In this document: positions 50,171 to 60,165 of the stretch, one piece after another | Position numbering within the stretch: the first letter of the stretch is position 1 | Layout: each line of letters opens with the position of its first letter | Source: Phycisphaeraceae bacterium | GTDB taxonomy: Bacteria; Planctomycetota; Phycisphaerae; Phycisphaerales; Phycisphaeraceae | Reading direction: 5' to 3' | Length of the DNA: 64,000 nucleotides | NCBI GenBank assembly: GCA_963674705.1 | Contig: OY771506.1 | Span: 5,280,001-5,344,000 of the forward strand | Program-made: the position numbers and the translations under genes | Notes under the pieces: model-generated | The model's database searches: none | What the model saw: only the letters and a program-made list of their open reading frames with translations | What the model was told of the DNA's origin: nothing

Positions 50171-50659
50171 TCCTCTCCAAGTGGGACGCCGCAAATACAA
50201 CACGCCCGACAGCGTTTGATCGCAGCGATCAAACGGTGCGAATACTAAGTAAAACTAAAAACAGATAGAACCGCCCGTGGGTGTGAAGTTACCCAGTGGC
50301 GGAGAGTATACCGAAACACGTCATGATTTGACAAACGTTATTTTGAGAATTTAACAACTTTTAAAAAAACCAAATCGTATGGATCGGATAACACCCCCGT
50401 CCTTTTCATAATTCAACACACAACTGTTTACTGCTTGCGTGCGCTTATACGCATCGCATCCACCTGGAAGACAGACATAGGTTTTTCCACCCATTCCGGA
50501 GTGCAATACGGGTAAACCCTACTACCGTTTTCCCTCCGATGTCATAGATGCGCGCAAGAACGAATGATTGGCTGGAGTGAAATTGCGAATCAGCCCGGTT
50601 ATTAAAACAGACCCGCAACACTCCGGTTTTATTGACGAGGAAAAACAAAGATGCGAAAT

Positions 50660-50690
50660 AAAAAACACCCTCAACCATTGGCTGAGGGTG
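50660..50690 (-). terminator. Intrinsic terminator
   Basis: CACCCTCA...TGAGGGTG stem followed by T6 on the minus strand. Confidence 0.75.
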
Positions 50691-50728
50691 CTCAAGCGTA
50701 ATTCATAAATTGGCTTTGCGTTGTATGG

Positions 50729-51046
50729 TCAGGCTTGGCTGACTTCAACAAAGCGCTGCACGCTACCGAGGTCGCGGAGTACCTGGCTGGTGGCGACGAC
50801 CGTGCCCTGCTCGCCGATACGGCCCTTGATCGGGTGCTGCTTGACGAGTTGCCCGCCCCACAGACGACCGGCGCGGCGGCCGGGGCTGTAGTGGACCTTG
50901 CGGAGCTTGGCCTGGCGGGCGTGCTCGGTGGAGACGACCGGGTCCTTGGCCAAGACACGCATGAGGGTCTTGGCCGCAGCGGCGTTGGTGGGCTGCTTGA
51001 CGATCTTGACGTTGATCTTGCTGCCGGGGGCGATCTTATCGAGCAT
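50729..51046 (-). CDS. Small basic hypothetical protein (105 aa)
   Basis: K/R-rich, very high GC3, own terminator. Confidence 0.75.
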   Translation of the reverse strand: MLDKIAPGSKINVKIVKQPTNAAAAKTLMRVLAKDPVVSTEHARQAKLRKVHYSPGRRAGRLWGGQLVKQHPIKGRIGEQGTVVATSQVLRDLGSVQRFVEVSQA

Positions 51047-51517
51047 CACGAGGGCCTTTCGTGGGCTGTTGTTATGGCTGGCCGGACCAATCTGCGGGCT
51101 CGGCATATCCGGGTTTATACTTACAAATCGAGCCGTGTATTATCACAGATCTCGGTTCAGGCGTCAAACCCGTTGCCAAGACGTGCCTGGCAAGCGTGTT
51201 ATCCCCCGTTTCTCCGCCGGGGGGGGCAAAAGTCTACTTCTTTTGTACTTAAAAGACAGGAACTGGCTAACCGGATCGCGGGTTCACACGATTGACCGAC
51301 AGGCCTCTGAGTTAACCATTTACAGCACTTAGGGCGGGTTAGCTTGCCACAATTTTTCAGCAATATCAAAGCGTAATACGGGATGCAATACTGAACACCA
51401 ATTACTCGTCGAACGATCATATTCATAGACCAGGGGATCATGTTTCTTGCCCCTGTTCCTGAACGCTGTAGGTGTATCGTTATCGGCAAGCAAATGAACC
51501 TGACTCAGGGGTAGATC

Positions 51518-53653
51518 ATGCGGCTTCGTAGCAAACTCTTACTTCCCGTCGTAGGTATTACAACCTTGGCCTGTGTGGCCGGATTCCTGGCGCTGTCATC
51601 AACGATCAACGGCCTGATCGAGCAAAGCACGACACAGGCGCAGACACTCAGCGATGAAGCTGTGAAAAGTGTCATACACGAACGCGCCGAAGCATACAGC
51701 GGGTCGGTCGACCAGGTCGCCAACGAGGCGCTGCAACTGGCATCACTGTTCTCGCAACAGGCTGATGTGATCGAGGCCTATCAACAGGCGCATACAGGCG
51801 ACATCAACGACGAGAACGATCCGACCGTGCAGCAGGCGCGCCAGGCGATGCGCGACAGGTTGGGCAACGTGGTTAGTGCTTACAAGCAACACGCCGGTGT
51901 CGACGAATTCCAGTTGCACTTCCACCTGCCGAACGGCCGGAGCCTTGTGCGGATGTGGCGTGACGGCTGGAACGCTTCACGTGACGGTCAAAAGGTAGAC
52001 ATCAGCGACGATATCAGCTCGTTCCGCCAAACAGTCGTACAGATCAACAGCGGGGATCACCACGCGCTGAAAGGTATCGAAGTGGGACGCGGCGGATTCG
52101 CGATCCGAGGTCTTGCGCCGGTGACCACGCCTGATGGCGAGCATCTGGGTTCGGTCGAGGTGCTCAAGTCATTCGCAAGTGCATCAGACAAGCTGCGGAC
52201 AAGTGAGAATCAGCAGTTCGCGGTTTACATGGACAGTAACTTGCTAACCATCGCCACGAAACTGCGCGATCCTGAGAAGTACCCGGTTCTGGACAACAAG
52301 TATGTCTTGTGCAGCAGCACGGATGCACCGTTGGTAACACCGCTGGTGACTTCAGCGTTTCTGGATGAGGCGCACGACGGCCTGGTTATCAAGGAAAACG
52401 GCAACTGGCGCGTCGCGGCCTGGCCGGTTAAGGACTTTGCGGATAAGACGATCGGCGTGATGCTGCTGGCGCTGGATCAGACACGGCAGGTGGATTTGAT
52501 CAACCAGATCGCGGAAGAAGGTCAGGCGACGCAGCAAGCCATGTTTATAAAACTGGTGACCGGCATCATCGTAGCCGGCGCCTTGGGATTAACCATCCTG
52601 TACCTGTTGATTTACCGGTTCGTCCTCAAACCGACCGGGGAAATAACACGCCGCCTGCAAGACATCAGTGAAGGCAACGGCGACCTGACGCAGCGTATCA
52701 CTGCCAAATCGAAGGATGAATTCAGCATCCTCGCCGGGGCATTCAACCGCTTCCTCGACAAGGTCCACAACATGGTGGTGCAGGTCGTCTCCACCACCAA
52801 CGACCTGGCCAGTGCGACGACGCAGATCGCTGCCAATGCAGAGCAGTTGTCGAACAATGCCGAGGAGCAGGATGCACAAGCGCAGCGTGTTGCCCAGGAA
52901 ATGGAGCAGGTAATCCGCGTCATGAAAGAGATGGAAGCCCAGTCGGATCAGGCGCGTGGTGATGCGGACAAGACGCGCGAGGTTGCCCAGCAAGGTGACG
53001 ATGCGGTAGCCGGCATTGTCGAACACATGCAGAACATCCGCCAGACGGTGAATGAAAGCGTGCGCAAGGTTGATCAGTTAGGCGACCGCGGCCGGGAGAT
53101 CGGGCAGATCGTGGACACCATCAACGACATCGCCGACCAGACGAACCTGCTGGCGTTAAACGCGGCGATCGAAGCGGCAAGGGCCGGGGAACACGGGCGC
53201 GGCTTCGCGGTGGTTGCAGACGAAGTACGCAAACTCGCCGACCGGACGATCAAGGCGACCGAACTGATCACCGACTCGGTCACCACTATTCAGCGAGACA
53301 CCAGCGAAGCGGTCGAGCAGATCCGCAGCAATGAAGAAACCGTGCAGCAAGGGGAGACGGCGGCCCAGGTCGCAAGCGACGGCCTGCAAGGCATCGTCGG
53401 CAGCGTCCAGGGCATGACCAGTGTGGTCGCACAGGTCGCACATACGACACGCACACAGTGCGATCAGATCAGCGGCGTCGGCGAAGAAATGGGACGCATG
53501 CGCCAATCGATCCGCGAAGCGACCAGCGCGATCAGCCAGTCCGCCGAAGCGGCGACAAGCCTGTCCGAACGGGCCGAGATGCTGCGCAGCATGGTCAGCC
53601 GCTTCAAAGTCGCCGACCACGAGATGCACGAAGACAGCCGCGAAGCGGCTTAG
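51518..53653 (+). CDS. Methyl-accepting chemotaxis protein (Cache, HAMP, MA domains)
   Basis: [13 protein letters not shown]; 2 TM helices; [37 protein letters not shown]. Confidence 0.95.
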   Translation: MRLRSKLLLPVVGITTLACVAGFLALSSTINGLIEQSTTQAQTLSDEAVKSVIHERAEAYSGSVDQVANEALQLASLFSQQADVIEAYQQAHTGDINDENDPTVQQARQAMRDRLGNVVSAYKQHAGVDEFQLHFHLPNGRSLVRMWRDGWNASRDGQKVDISDDISSFRQTVVQINSGDHHALKGIEVGRGGFAIRGLAPVTTPDGEHLGSVEVLKSFASASDKLRTSENQQFAVYMDSNLLTIATKLRDPEKYPVLDNKYVLCSSTDAPLVTPLVTSAFLDEAHDGLVIKENGNWRVAAWPVKDFADKTIGVMLLALDQTRQVDLINQIAEEGQATQQAMFIKLVTGIIVAGALGLTILYLLIYRFVLKPTGEITRRLQDISEGNGDLTQRITAKSKDEFSILAGAFNRFLDKVHNMVVQVVSTTNDLASATTQIAANAEQLSNNAEEQDAQAQRVAQEMEQVIRVMKEMEAQSDQARGDADKTREVAQQGDDAVAGIVEHMQNIRQTVNESVRKVDQLGDRGREIGQIVDTINDIADQTNLLALNAAIEAARAGEHGRGFAVVADEVRKLADRTIKATELITDSVTTIQRDTSEAVEQIRSNEETVQQGETAAQVASDGLQGIVGSVQGMTSVVAQVAHTTRTQCDQISGVGEEMGRMRQSIREATSAISQSAEAATSLSERAEMLRSMVSRFKVADHEMHEDSREAA

Positions 53654-53843
53654 TAAAACCGTCGCCTGTGTTGATGCAATAACTGTTTAAGAATCTTAAA
53701 AGCTGAAGCTCTTATTCAGACTCCGCATGCCGGGGCTGCGTTGTCTTATAAAAATGCTTGGTCATATCCGTCATTTACCTACAATGGTGATCGGCTGTCA
53801 CATGACAGTCATGGGCAATCATCCTTATAACGGAGATATCTGA

Positions 53844-54770
53844 ATGAAGCAGTGGATCTATTGCGCTATAACTGTGTTGTGCTTGGCACGTGTCGGCTTC
53901 GCTGAACCATACCTGTTGGTAGCCAATCATCAGGGAGGTGATTCTGTATCGCGATATGATCTTGACGGTAACTGGCAAGGCTACTTTGTTTCGCCTGGCA
54001 GCGGTGGGCTTGACAATGCGGTGGGCATTCAATTAGGTGCCGACGGCAACCTCTATGTGGCATCTGAAGGAACCTCACAGATTCTTCGATATAACGGCGG
54101 CGATGGCAGCTTTATGGATGTATTCTCCAGCGGCTCGGCGTTGCAGTATGTCGGCTACCTGACGGTCGGACCCGATGGCGACTTTTACGCAGCCGGGGTT
54201 GGTAACAACACGGTGGTAAGAATTGACGACGCAACAGGCGACATCCTTGGGTCTGCGGCAACCGGCGGTGGACTCAACGGACCGGATGGCATCGTCTTCA
54301 CAGCCTCAGGCGAACTACTTGTCTCGTCATACTTCACAAACAGCGTCAAACGCTACAACCCGGATACTGGGGCGTACCTTGGTGACCTCATTGTGGCAGG
54401 TGGACTCATCCGTCCATTACAACTAACTATTGTCGGTAATGAATTACAGGTTGTCAGCCAGGGCACAAACTCGATACGAAGGTACAACATCACGACCGGA
54501 GACTATCTTGGTGACCTGATTGCCGGGGGTAACCTGAATAATCCGATCGCACAAGTACTATTGCCAAATGGTGATCGGGTGGTCACTTCCTATTCGAACT
54601 CACAACTGATCCGTTTTAACGCGGAAGGCAACGCAGTTGGTGTGTTTGCGGCAGGTGCTTCAGAGGGTGTCACTTCACCAACCACGATGATTCTCATACC
54701 CGAGCCGGCAACACTGTCGGTGTTACTCGGATGCGGAATGTTGGTTATTGGTGTGGGACGCCATCATTAA
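53844..54770 (+). CDS. PEP-CTERM beta-propeller (NHL/Vgb-like) protein
   Basis: Repeats GGLxxP...GxDG...RYN; IPEPATLSVLLG. Confidence 0.85.
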   Translation: MKQWIYCAITVLCLARVGFAEPYLLVANHQGGDSVSRYDLDGNWQGYFVSPGSGGLDNAVGIQLGADGNLYVASEGTSQILRYNGGDGSFMDVFSSGSALQYVGYLTVGPDGDFYAAGVGNNTVVRIDDATGDILGSAATGGGLNGPDGIVFTASGELLVSSYFTNSVKRYNPDTGAYLGDLIVAGGLIRPLQLTIVGNELQVVSQGTNSIRRYNITTGDYLGDLIAGGNLNNPIAQVLLPNGDRVVTSYSNSQLIRFNAEGNAVGVFAAGASEGVTSPTTMILIPEPATLSVLLGCGMLVIGVGRHH

Positions 54771-54818
54771 GCAAGAGCAGATAATCTGCTCGTAATCAGA
54801 AGTGGATCTATACCAACA

Positions 54819-55538
54819 TCAACAAATCTTTGAAATTAACCCTGGCGGCGCGCCGATATCCGCGACTTCGAGCTGACCAACGTAAGGTTTGGCGGCGGGC
54901 TGGGTGAAGCCTTGTTTGGCGGCAACGAAGGTGATGGTCAGGTCGGCTTGGACGGCGTGCTGAAGCACGCCTTGCCGTGAGGTCGGGGGACTTCCGGTGT
55001 TGCAGTCGAGGCCGGAGGGCAGGTCGATGGCGGCGACCACCCTTGGACCGTTTGAATCGTTGGTCTCACGCCATTCGTTTACCGCCTGGATCAGTTTGAG
55101 CATGTCGGGGCGGAGTTCGCCCTGAAAGCCTGTGCCGAGCAGGGCGTCGATGATGAGGGTTGGGAGGTTGGCACCGGCGTGCTCAAGCACGCCTCGCCTG
55201 GTGGCGGGGTGGATGGGCAGGTTCATGTTCCGGCAGATGCGGGCGTTGATGAGAGCGTCGCCTTTGAGCTGGTCGACTGATTTGGTCGTGAGGATAGTGA
55301 CTTGGATGCCGCGGTTATGCAGGTGGCGGGCGATCACATAGCCGTCGCCGCCGTTGTTCCCGCCGCCGCAGAGGATCAGGGCGGATTCAAGCTTTACCCC
55401 CTGCTGCTGCATGTAATACTGGATAAAATCCGTGGCATTTCGCCCGGCGTTTTCCATGAGAACGACGCCGGGGATGCCCAATTCCTCGATCGCCAGGCGG
55501 TCGACCTCCCGGACCTGCTCGCGCGAAAGTGTGACCAT
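54819..55538 (-). CDS. nnrE: NAD(P)H-hydrate epimerase (YjeF N-terminal domain only)
   Basis: LMENAG, GGGNNGGDG, IDALLGTG and DLPSG. Confidence 0.92.
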   Translation of the reverse strand: MVTLSREQVREVDRLAIEELGIPGVVLMENAGRNATDFIQYYMQQQGVKLESALILCGGGNNGGDGYVIARHLHNRGIQVTILTTKSVDQLKGDALINARICRNMNLPIHPATRRGVLEHAGANLPTLIIDALLGTGFQGELRPDMLKLIQAVNEWRETNDSNGPRVVAAIDLPSGLDCNTGSPPTSRQGVLQHAVQADLTITFVAAKQGFTQPAAKPYVGQLEVADIGAPPGLISKIC

Positions 55539-55600
55539 CGATAAATCTCCTTCTCTGAGCGTCTGCTTGTCATCCGCTGCGTAAACAGACAGAATACGAC

Positions 55601-56077
55601 ATGCGCATCGATCTGCGTAATCTTGATAGGCAGAAACTGTTTTCTGTGGAAGTCGACTTGGAGAAGCCACCGACGGTCGTGCGTGGCGAGGTCGAGGACA
55701 CCGAGGACGGGCGCAAGGAAACGCAACACGCAGTGCATCTGAACTGGGACCGGGCCATCGACGATGAAAAACACCTTCGCCGCTGCCCGGCCTGCGGCTG
55801 TGAGGATCTGTACGTTCGCAACCAGTTCCCCCGGCTGACCGCATTCGTCATGATCGCGCTGGCGGCGGTAATCGCGATCGTCATGCTTGGACTTGGGCAA
55901 CTATACACAGCCCTGGTCGTACTGGGCATCCTCGGCCTGATCGACGCGGGGGTGTACCTGTTCTTCAGCGGTAAAGTGTTGATGTGCTACCGATGCCGTA
56001 GCGAGTACCATGACACACCGATCGGAAAAAAGGTGCGCACGTGGCAAGCGGATATTGAGGAGCGGTATAGGGTATAG
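55601..56077 (+). CDS. Hypothetical zinc-ribbon membrane protein
   Basis: CPAC, two TM helices, CYRC. Confidence 0.7.
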   Translation: MRIDLRNLDRQKLFSVEVDLEKPPTVVRGEVEDTEDGRKETQHAVHLNWDRAIDDEKHLRRCPACGCEDLYVRNQFPRLTAFVMIALAAVIAIVMLGLGQLYTALVVLGILGLIDAGVYLFFSGKVLMCYRCRSEYHDTPIGKKVRTWQADIEERYRV

Positions 56078-56207
56078 GGTGTGGGGTGTGGGGATTTGTA
56101 TTTATGATTTAGGATTTAGGATTGATGATTGGGGCTAATGGCTAATCGCTAAAGGCTGATGGCTTTACCTTCCCCAACGCCGGTCCTGAGCGAAGCGAAG
56201 GTCCGGG
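56066..56207 (+). repeat. Composite dispersed repeat, copy 2
   Basis: Heptamer blocks plus core at 56172-56207 (one mismatch to copy 1). Confidence 0.85.
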
Positions 56208-56263
56208 CGGATTTGAGCAGGAGAGAGTCGAACAGTAGAAGAGGATTTAATTTTCTGCTTTTC

Positions 56264-57308
56264 TAGAGCGTCTTCCAATCTCATGTAGCATACCCGCAGC
56301 TGCGGAAGTAGTTGCGGCACTCGTCCAGTGATACCGCACGCAACGCCCGACCGATCGCCTCAATCAGTTTGTCGCTGGTCCGCGCGGCGGCGGCACGCAG
56401 CAGGGCTTTGACCTTGCTCCACATCTTCTCGATCGGGTTGAAGTCCGGTGAGTACGGCGGTAAGTACCACAGGTCACAGCCCGCCGCTTCGATCGCTTCA
56501 CGCACCCCGCGCACCTTATGCGACGCCAGGTTATCCATCACCACGATCTGGCCTTGCTTCAGCGCCGGGGCCAGGCAACGCTCGACGTAGCCGCGGAACA
56601 GCGCCGCATCCGTCGCGCCGTCGAAGGCCAGCGTCGCCCGTTGGATCACACCCTCACAACCGATCGCGCTGAGCATCGTCGTCGTACGCCAGTGGCTGTG
56701 CGGCGCCGCGGCGTCCAGCCGGCAACCGCGTCCGGCCCAGCCCCGCAGGCGGGTCATGTTCGTCTTCGCGCCCGATTCATCCAGGAACACAAGCTGCTTA
56801 GGCTCGATGAACCGCGTGGCGATGCGGAAGTTCACACGCTGACGCTTCACATCCGCGCGGTCCTGCTCGCCGGGCCGTAATGACTTTTTTTAAACGTCCA
56901 CCCCAGCTTCCAACGCACCGTCCGCCACATCGTGCCCAGCCCGCAACGGATGCCCAACTCACGCTCGCAACGCACACGCAACGCATCCAGCGTCGTGTCC
57001 GGCTTCTGCTTGAGCATCGCACGTACACGCTGCAGGTCTTTGCCGGCGAACCGGCTGACGTAGTCGCCGCCCTGAGGCCGCGGCGCGATCCCCTCGCCTT
57101 CACGACGCCGTTGCTTGAGCCGACGCACCCACGAGGCGCTGACCGAGAACCGCTCGGCCACCTCACGCGTGCCGTGCCCGGCATCGCACGCCGCCAACAC
57201 CCGCTTCCGCAGATCCATTGAGTATGCCTTCATCAAAGCCTCCTTGCTTGAAGGCACAGCATAATCACTTGTGTACAAGGGCGCTACAGAGGCGTGGAAG
57301 ATGCTCTA
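56264..57308 (-). mobile_element. IS630-family insertion sequence
   Basis: TA-GAGCGTCTTCCA ... TGGAAGATGCTC-TA ends; two-ORF transposase. Confidence 0.93.
56281..57233 (-). CDS. IS630 transposase, joined by programmed -1 frameshift near 56884-56891
   Basis: MKAYSMDLRKRV HTH; slippery TTTAAAAAAAG gives KKSLRPGEQDR; FLDESG, VMDNL, LPPYSPDFNPIEKMWSK. Confidence 0.9.
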
Positions 57309-57794
57309 ATTTTCTGCTTTCCTGCTTTCCAACAACAGCACCACATGACAAGCAATCGCCCGATTCTCCCCTAGCGCATCTACCCGTTCGTGCGTTTTCC
57401 CCTTTAAGTTGACTTGCGATTCATCGCACCCAAGCAACTTTGCAAGGTTGGCCTTGATCGTAGCCTTATGTGGGCTGAGCTTCGGACGTTCGAGGATGAT
57501 AGTGATATCCATGTTGCCGATCACGTAGCCCACCTCACGCATCCGCCGAACCGCTTCTTCGACAAAGATGCGCGAATCAGCGTCCTTCCACTTCGGGTCT
57601 TTATCCGGAAACAGTTGGCCGATATCTTCCTGACCGAGCGCACCCAATATCGCATCGGTCACAGCATGATAAACCACATCGCCATCCGAGTGTGCAGCGC
57701 AGCCTCGATCGTGTTCGAGCTTGACGCCGCCAACGATCAACGGGAGATCAGGTTCGAGACGATGTAGATCGAAACCGTGGCCAATGCGATCCAT
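57306..57794 (-). CDS. ispF: 2-C-methyl-D-erythritol 2,4-cyclodiphosphate synthase
   Basis: RIGHGFDLH, HSDGDV and DIGQLFP. Confidence 0.96.
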   Translation of the reverse strand: MDRIGHGFDLHRLEPDLPLIVGGVKLEHDRGCAAHSDGDVVYHAVTDAILGALGQEDIGQLFPDKDPKWKDADSRIFVEEAVRRMREVGYVIGNMDITIILERPKLSPHKATIKANLAKLLGCDESQVNLKGKTHERVDALGENRAIACHVVLLLESRKAEN

Positions 57795-57795
57795 A

Positions 57796-59172
57796 CTACT
57801 TTAATCCATATTCTTTGAGTTTACGGTACAACGTCCGCTCCCCAATCCCCAGCATCTTCGCCGCTTGTTCACGATTACCGGCGGTGACTCTTAGGGCATC
57901 GCGGATGGCTTTCTTTTCGATCTGGTCGAGGCTCATGCCGCCGGTGTCGGGTAGTTGCGTGGTGTCGTCGCCGCCGCCCTGGCGGACTTCCGGGGGCAGG
58001 TGGCGGGGCTCAACCTTGTCGCCTTCGGCGATAACCACCATGTTCTGCACGATGTTCATGAGTTGGCGGATGTTGCCGGGCCAGTCGTGGCTCATCAGCG
58101 TCGTCTGCACATCCTCGGCCACCTCGGGCACGGGCTTGTTCAACTTCTCGGCATACTTGCTGACATAATGTCTGACCAGTAGCGGGATATCCTCGCGGCG
58201 TTCGCGCAACGGCGGCAGGTGTAACTCAACCCCCTTGATCCGGAAGTAAAGGTCTTCACGGAATTTTCCATCCTTGACTAACTGACCAAGATCATGGTTG
58301 GTCGCGGACACGAGACGAACATCGACGTGCCGGGCTTCGTTCGAACCGAGGCGGACGACTTCGCCGCTTTCCAGGACGCGCAGGAGTTTTGCCTGCATGT
58401 TCGTGGGCATGTCACCGACCTCATCAAGGAACAGCGTCCCGCCATCGGCAAACTCGAACCGGCCCTTGCGGTCTTTCTCCGCGCCGGTGAACGCACCCTT
58501 GATGTGGCCGAACAATTCATCTTCCAGGATCGAATCGCTTAAGCCCGCGCAGTTCAGCGGGACGAAAGGCTTCTTGGAGCGGTCGGAGTTATTGTGCAGC
58601 GCCTGGGCGATCAATTCCTTACCCGTGCCGGATTCGCCGGTGATGAGCACGGGGATACTGCTGGGCGCGACCTGGCGGAGCGTCGTGATAAGCGAGCGCA
58701 TCGCAGGTGCATTGCCGATGATGCCCTCAAAGCCGTACTGCTCATCGAGACGTTCACGCAGTTCGGAATTCTGAGCGCGGAGCATCACCGCCTGGATGGC
58801 GTGGTTGCACAATGTACGGAAGACATCGAGATCGAGTGGTTTTTCGATGAAGTCGTAGGCGCCGCCCTTGATGGCTGCCTTGGCGGTCGGGACATCGCCG
58901 TGGGCGGTGACCATGATCGTCTCAGCCTGGGGCTGGTTCTGGCGTGCGGCGGCGAGGACCTTCTGGCCGTCATCCGGGCTGTCCATGACCAGGTCGGTGA
59001 CGATCAGGTCAAACTGGCCGTGCTTAAGCTCGTCGGTCGCGGATTCGAGGTCGTTGACGAGGGTGCAGACGTGGCCCAATCGGCGCAGGGCCTCGGCCAT
59101 CACCTCGGCGTGGCCCACTTCATCATCAACGATCAGGATCTGTGCGGTCGGTGTTTTTTCGTCTTCAGGCAT
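57796..59172 (-). CDS. Sigma54-dependent response regulator (NtrC/AtoC type)
   Basis: Receiver domain; GESGTGKE, GAFTGA, WPGNIRQL; Fis-type HTH. Confidence 0.95.
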   Translation of the reverse strand: MPEDEKTPTAQILIVDDEVGHAEVMAEALRRLGHVCTLVNDLESATDELKHGQFDLIVTDLVMDSPDDGQKVLAAARQNQPQAETIMVTAHGDVPTAKAAIKGGAYDFIEKPLDLDVFRTLCNHAIQAVMLRAQNSELRERLDEQYGFEGIIGNAPAMRSLITTLRQVAPSSIPVLITGESGTGKELIAQALHNNSDRSKKPFVPLNCAGLSDSILEDELFGHIKGAFTGAEKDRKGRFEFADGGTLFLDEVGDMPTNMQAKLLRVLESGEVVRLGSNEARHVDVRLVSATNHDLGQLVKDGKFREDLYFRIKGVELHLPPLRERREDIPLLVRHYVSKYAEKLNKPVPEVAEDVQTTLMSHDWPGNIRQLMNIVQNMVVIAEGDKVEPRHLPPEVRQGGGDDTTQLPDTGGMSLDQIEKKAIRDALRVTAGNREQAAKMLGIGERTLYRKLKEYGLK

Positions 59173-59279
59173 AGGGGAATCTTGACGGCGTGTGGGGCTT
59201 GGGTCAACTCCGAGCCGGTATTGGGTAAACCGGGCATCATATCACGCGACTTGCGTGTACGGGCCGATATAATCCGGTG

Positions 59280-60140
59280 ATGAACCAGCCGATCGGACAA
59301 CCCGACCCATCCACAACCGGCAAACGCGTGAGGCGCATCGGCTGTGTGGGGTTTCTCAACTCCAAGCCATTGATCGAAGGCCTTGTCGACTTCGCCGATC
59401 CCGTGGTTCGGCTGGATGTCCCTTCAAACCTGCTGGAGGACCTTGAGCAAGGCGAGGTTGATATCGCGCTTTGCCCGGTGATTGATTACTTCCGCTCAAG
59501 CGAGCCGTTACAGATCGTGCCGGTAGGTTGCATCGCTTCGGATGGATTGACGCATACGGTCAGGCTGTTCAGCCGGGTACCGATCGAATCGATCACACGT
59601 GTACATGCGGATGTGGACAGCCATACGAGCGTGGCCCTGCTGCGTGTGTTGATGCACGAACTGCACGGCCTGGACCCCGAGATTGTGCCGTATGACACAC
59701 TGCAGGAAGCGACAACAGGCGAACGAAACCAGAATCACGAAGCAATGCTGTTGATCGGTGACAAGGTTGTAACCAATGCGCCACCGACAAAAAGCTATCC
59801 GTATCAGATGGACTTCGGCGAAGCGTGGAAAGCCCTGACGGGTTTGCCGTTCGTTTTCGCGGTTTGGATGGCACAACAGGATTGCGACATTGGCGATCTG
59901 CCCGAGACATTGAACCGCCAGCGTGAATTGAATTCCGAGCGAATCGATGCGATCGCGAAAAAGTACGCCGACTCGCACGGATGGGAACTTGCCGAAGCGA
60001 TCAATTACCTTGGCAACATCCTGAGTTACGAAGTCGGGCCCAGGGAGTTGGAAGCGATCCGGACGTTTGCGCACAAGGCGGCCGAACTTGGGTTAATCGA
60101 ACAGGCACATCCGTTAGACATCTACGGCCGAAGTCAATAA
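59280..60140 (+). CDS. mqnA: Chorismate dehydratase MqnA (futalosine pathway)
   Basis: FLNSKPL, SHTSVAL, LLIGD and TGLPFVFAVW. Confidence 0.9.
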   Translation: MNQPIGQPDPSTTGKRVRRIGCVGFLNSKPLIEGLVDFADPVVRLDVPSNLLEDLEQGEVDIALCPVIDYFRSSEPLQIVPVGCIASDGLTHTVRLFSRVPIESITRVHADVDSHTSVALLRVLMHELHGLDPEIVPYDTLQEATTGERNQNHEAMLLIGDKVVTNAPPTKSYPYQMDFGEAWKALTGLPFVFAVWMAQQDCDIGDLPETLNRQRELNSERIDAIAKKYADSHGWELAEAINYLGNILSYEVGPRELEAIRTFAHKAAELGLIEQAHPLDIYGRSQ

Positions 60141-60165
60141 GACCGGCCCCGAGGGGAAAGCGACC

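Noticed and set aside
55539..55844. N-terminal extension of nnrE
   Set aside because: It overlaps the divergent gene. Homology and the AGGAG RBS fit the start at 55538.
56847..56891. IS630 split as a pseudogene
   Set aside because: The break is at a canonical A-AAA-AAG -1 frameshift site and restores a typical junction.
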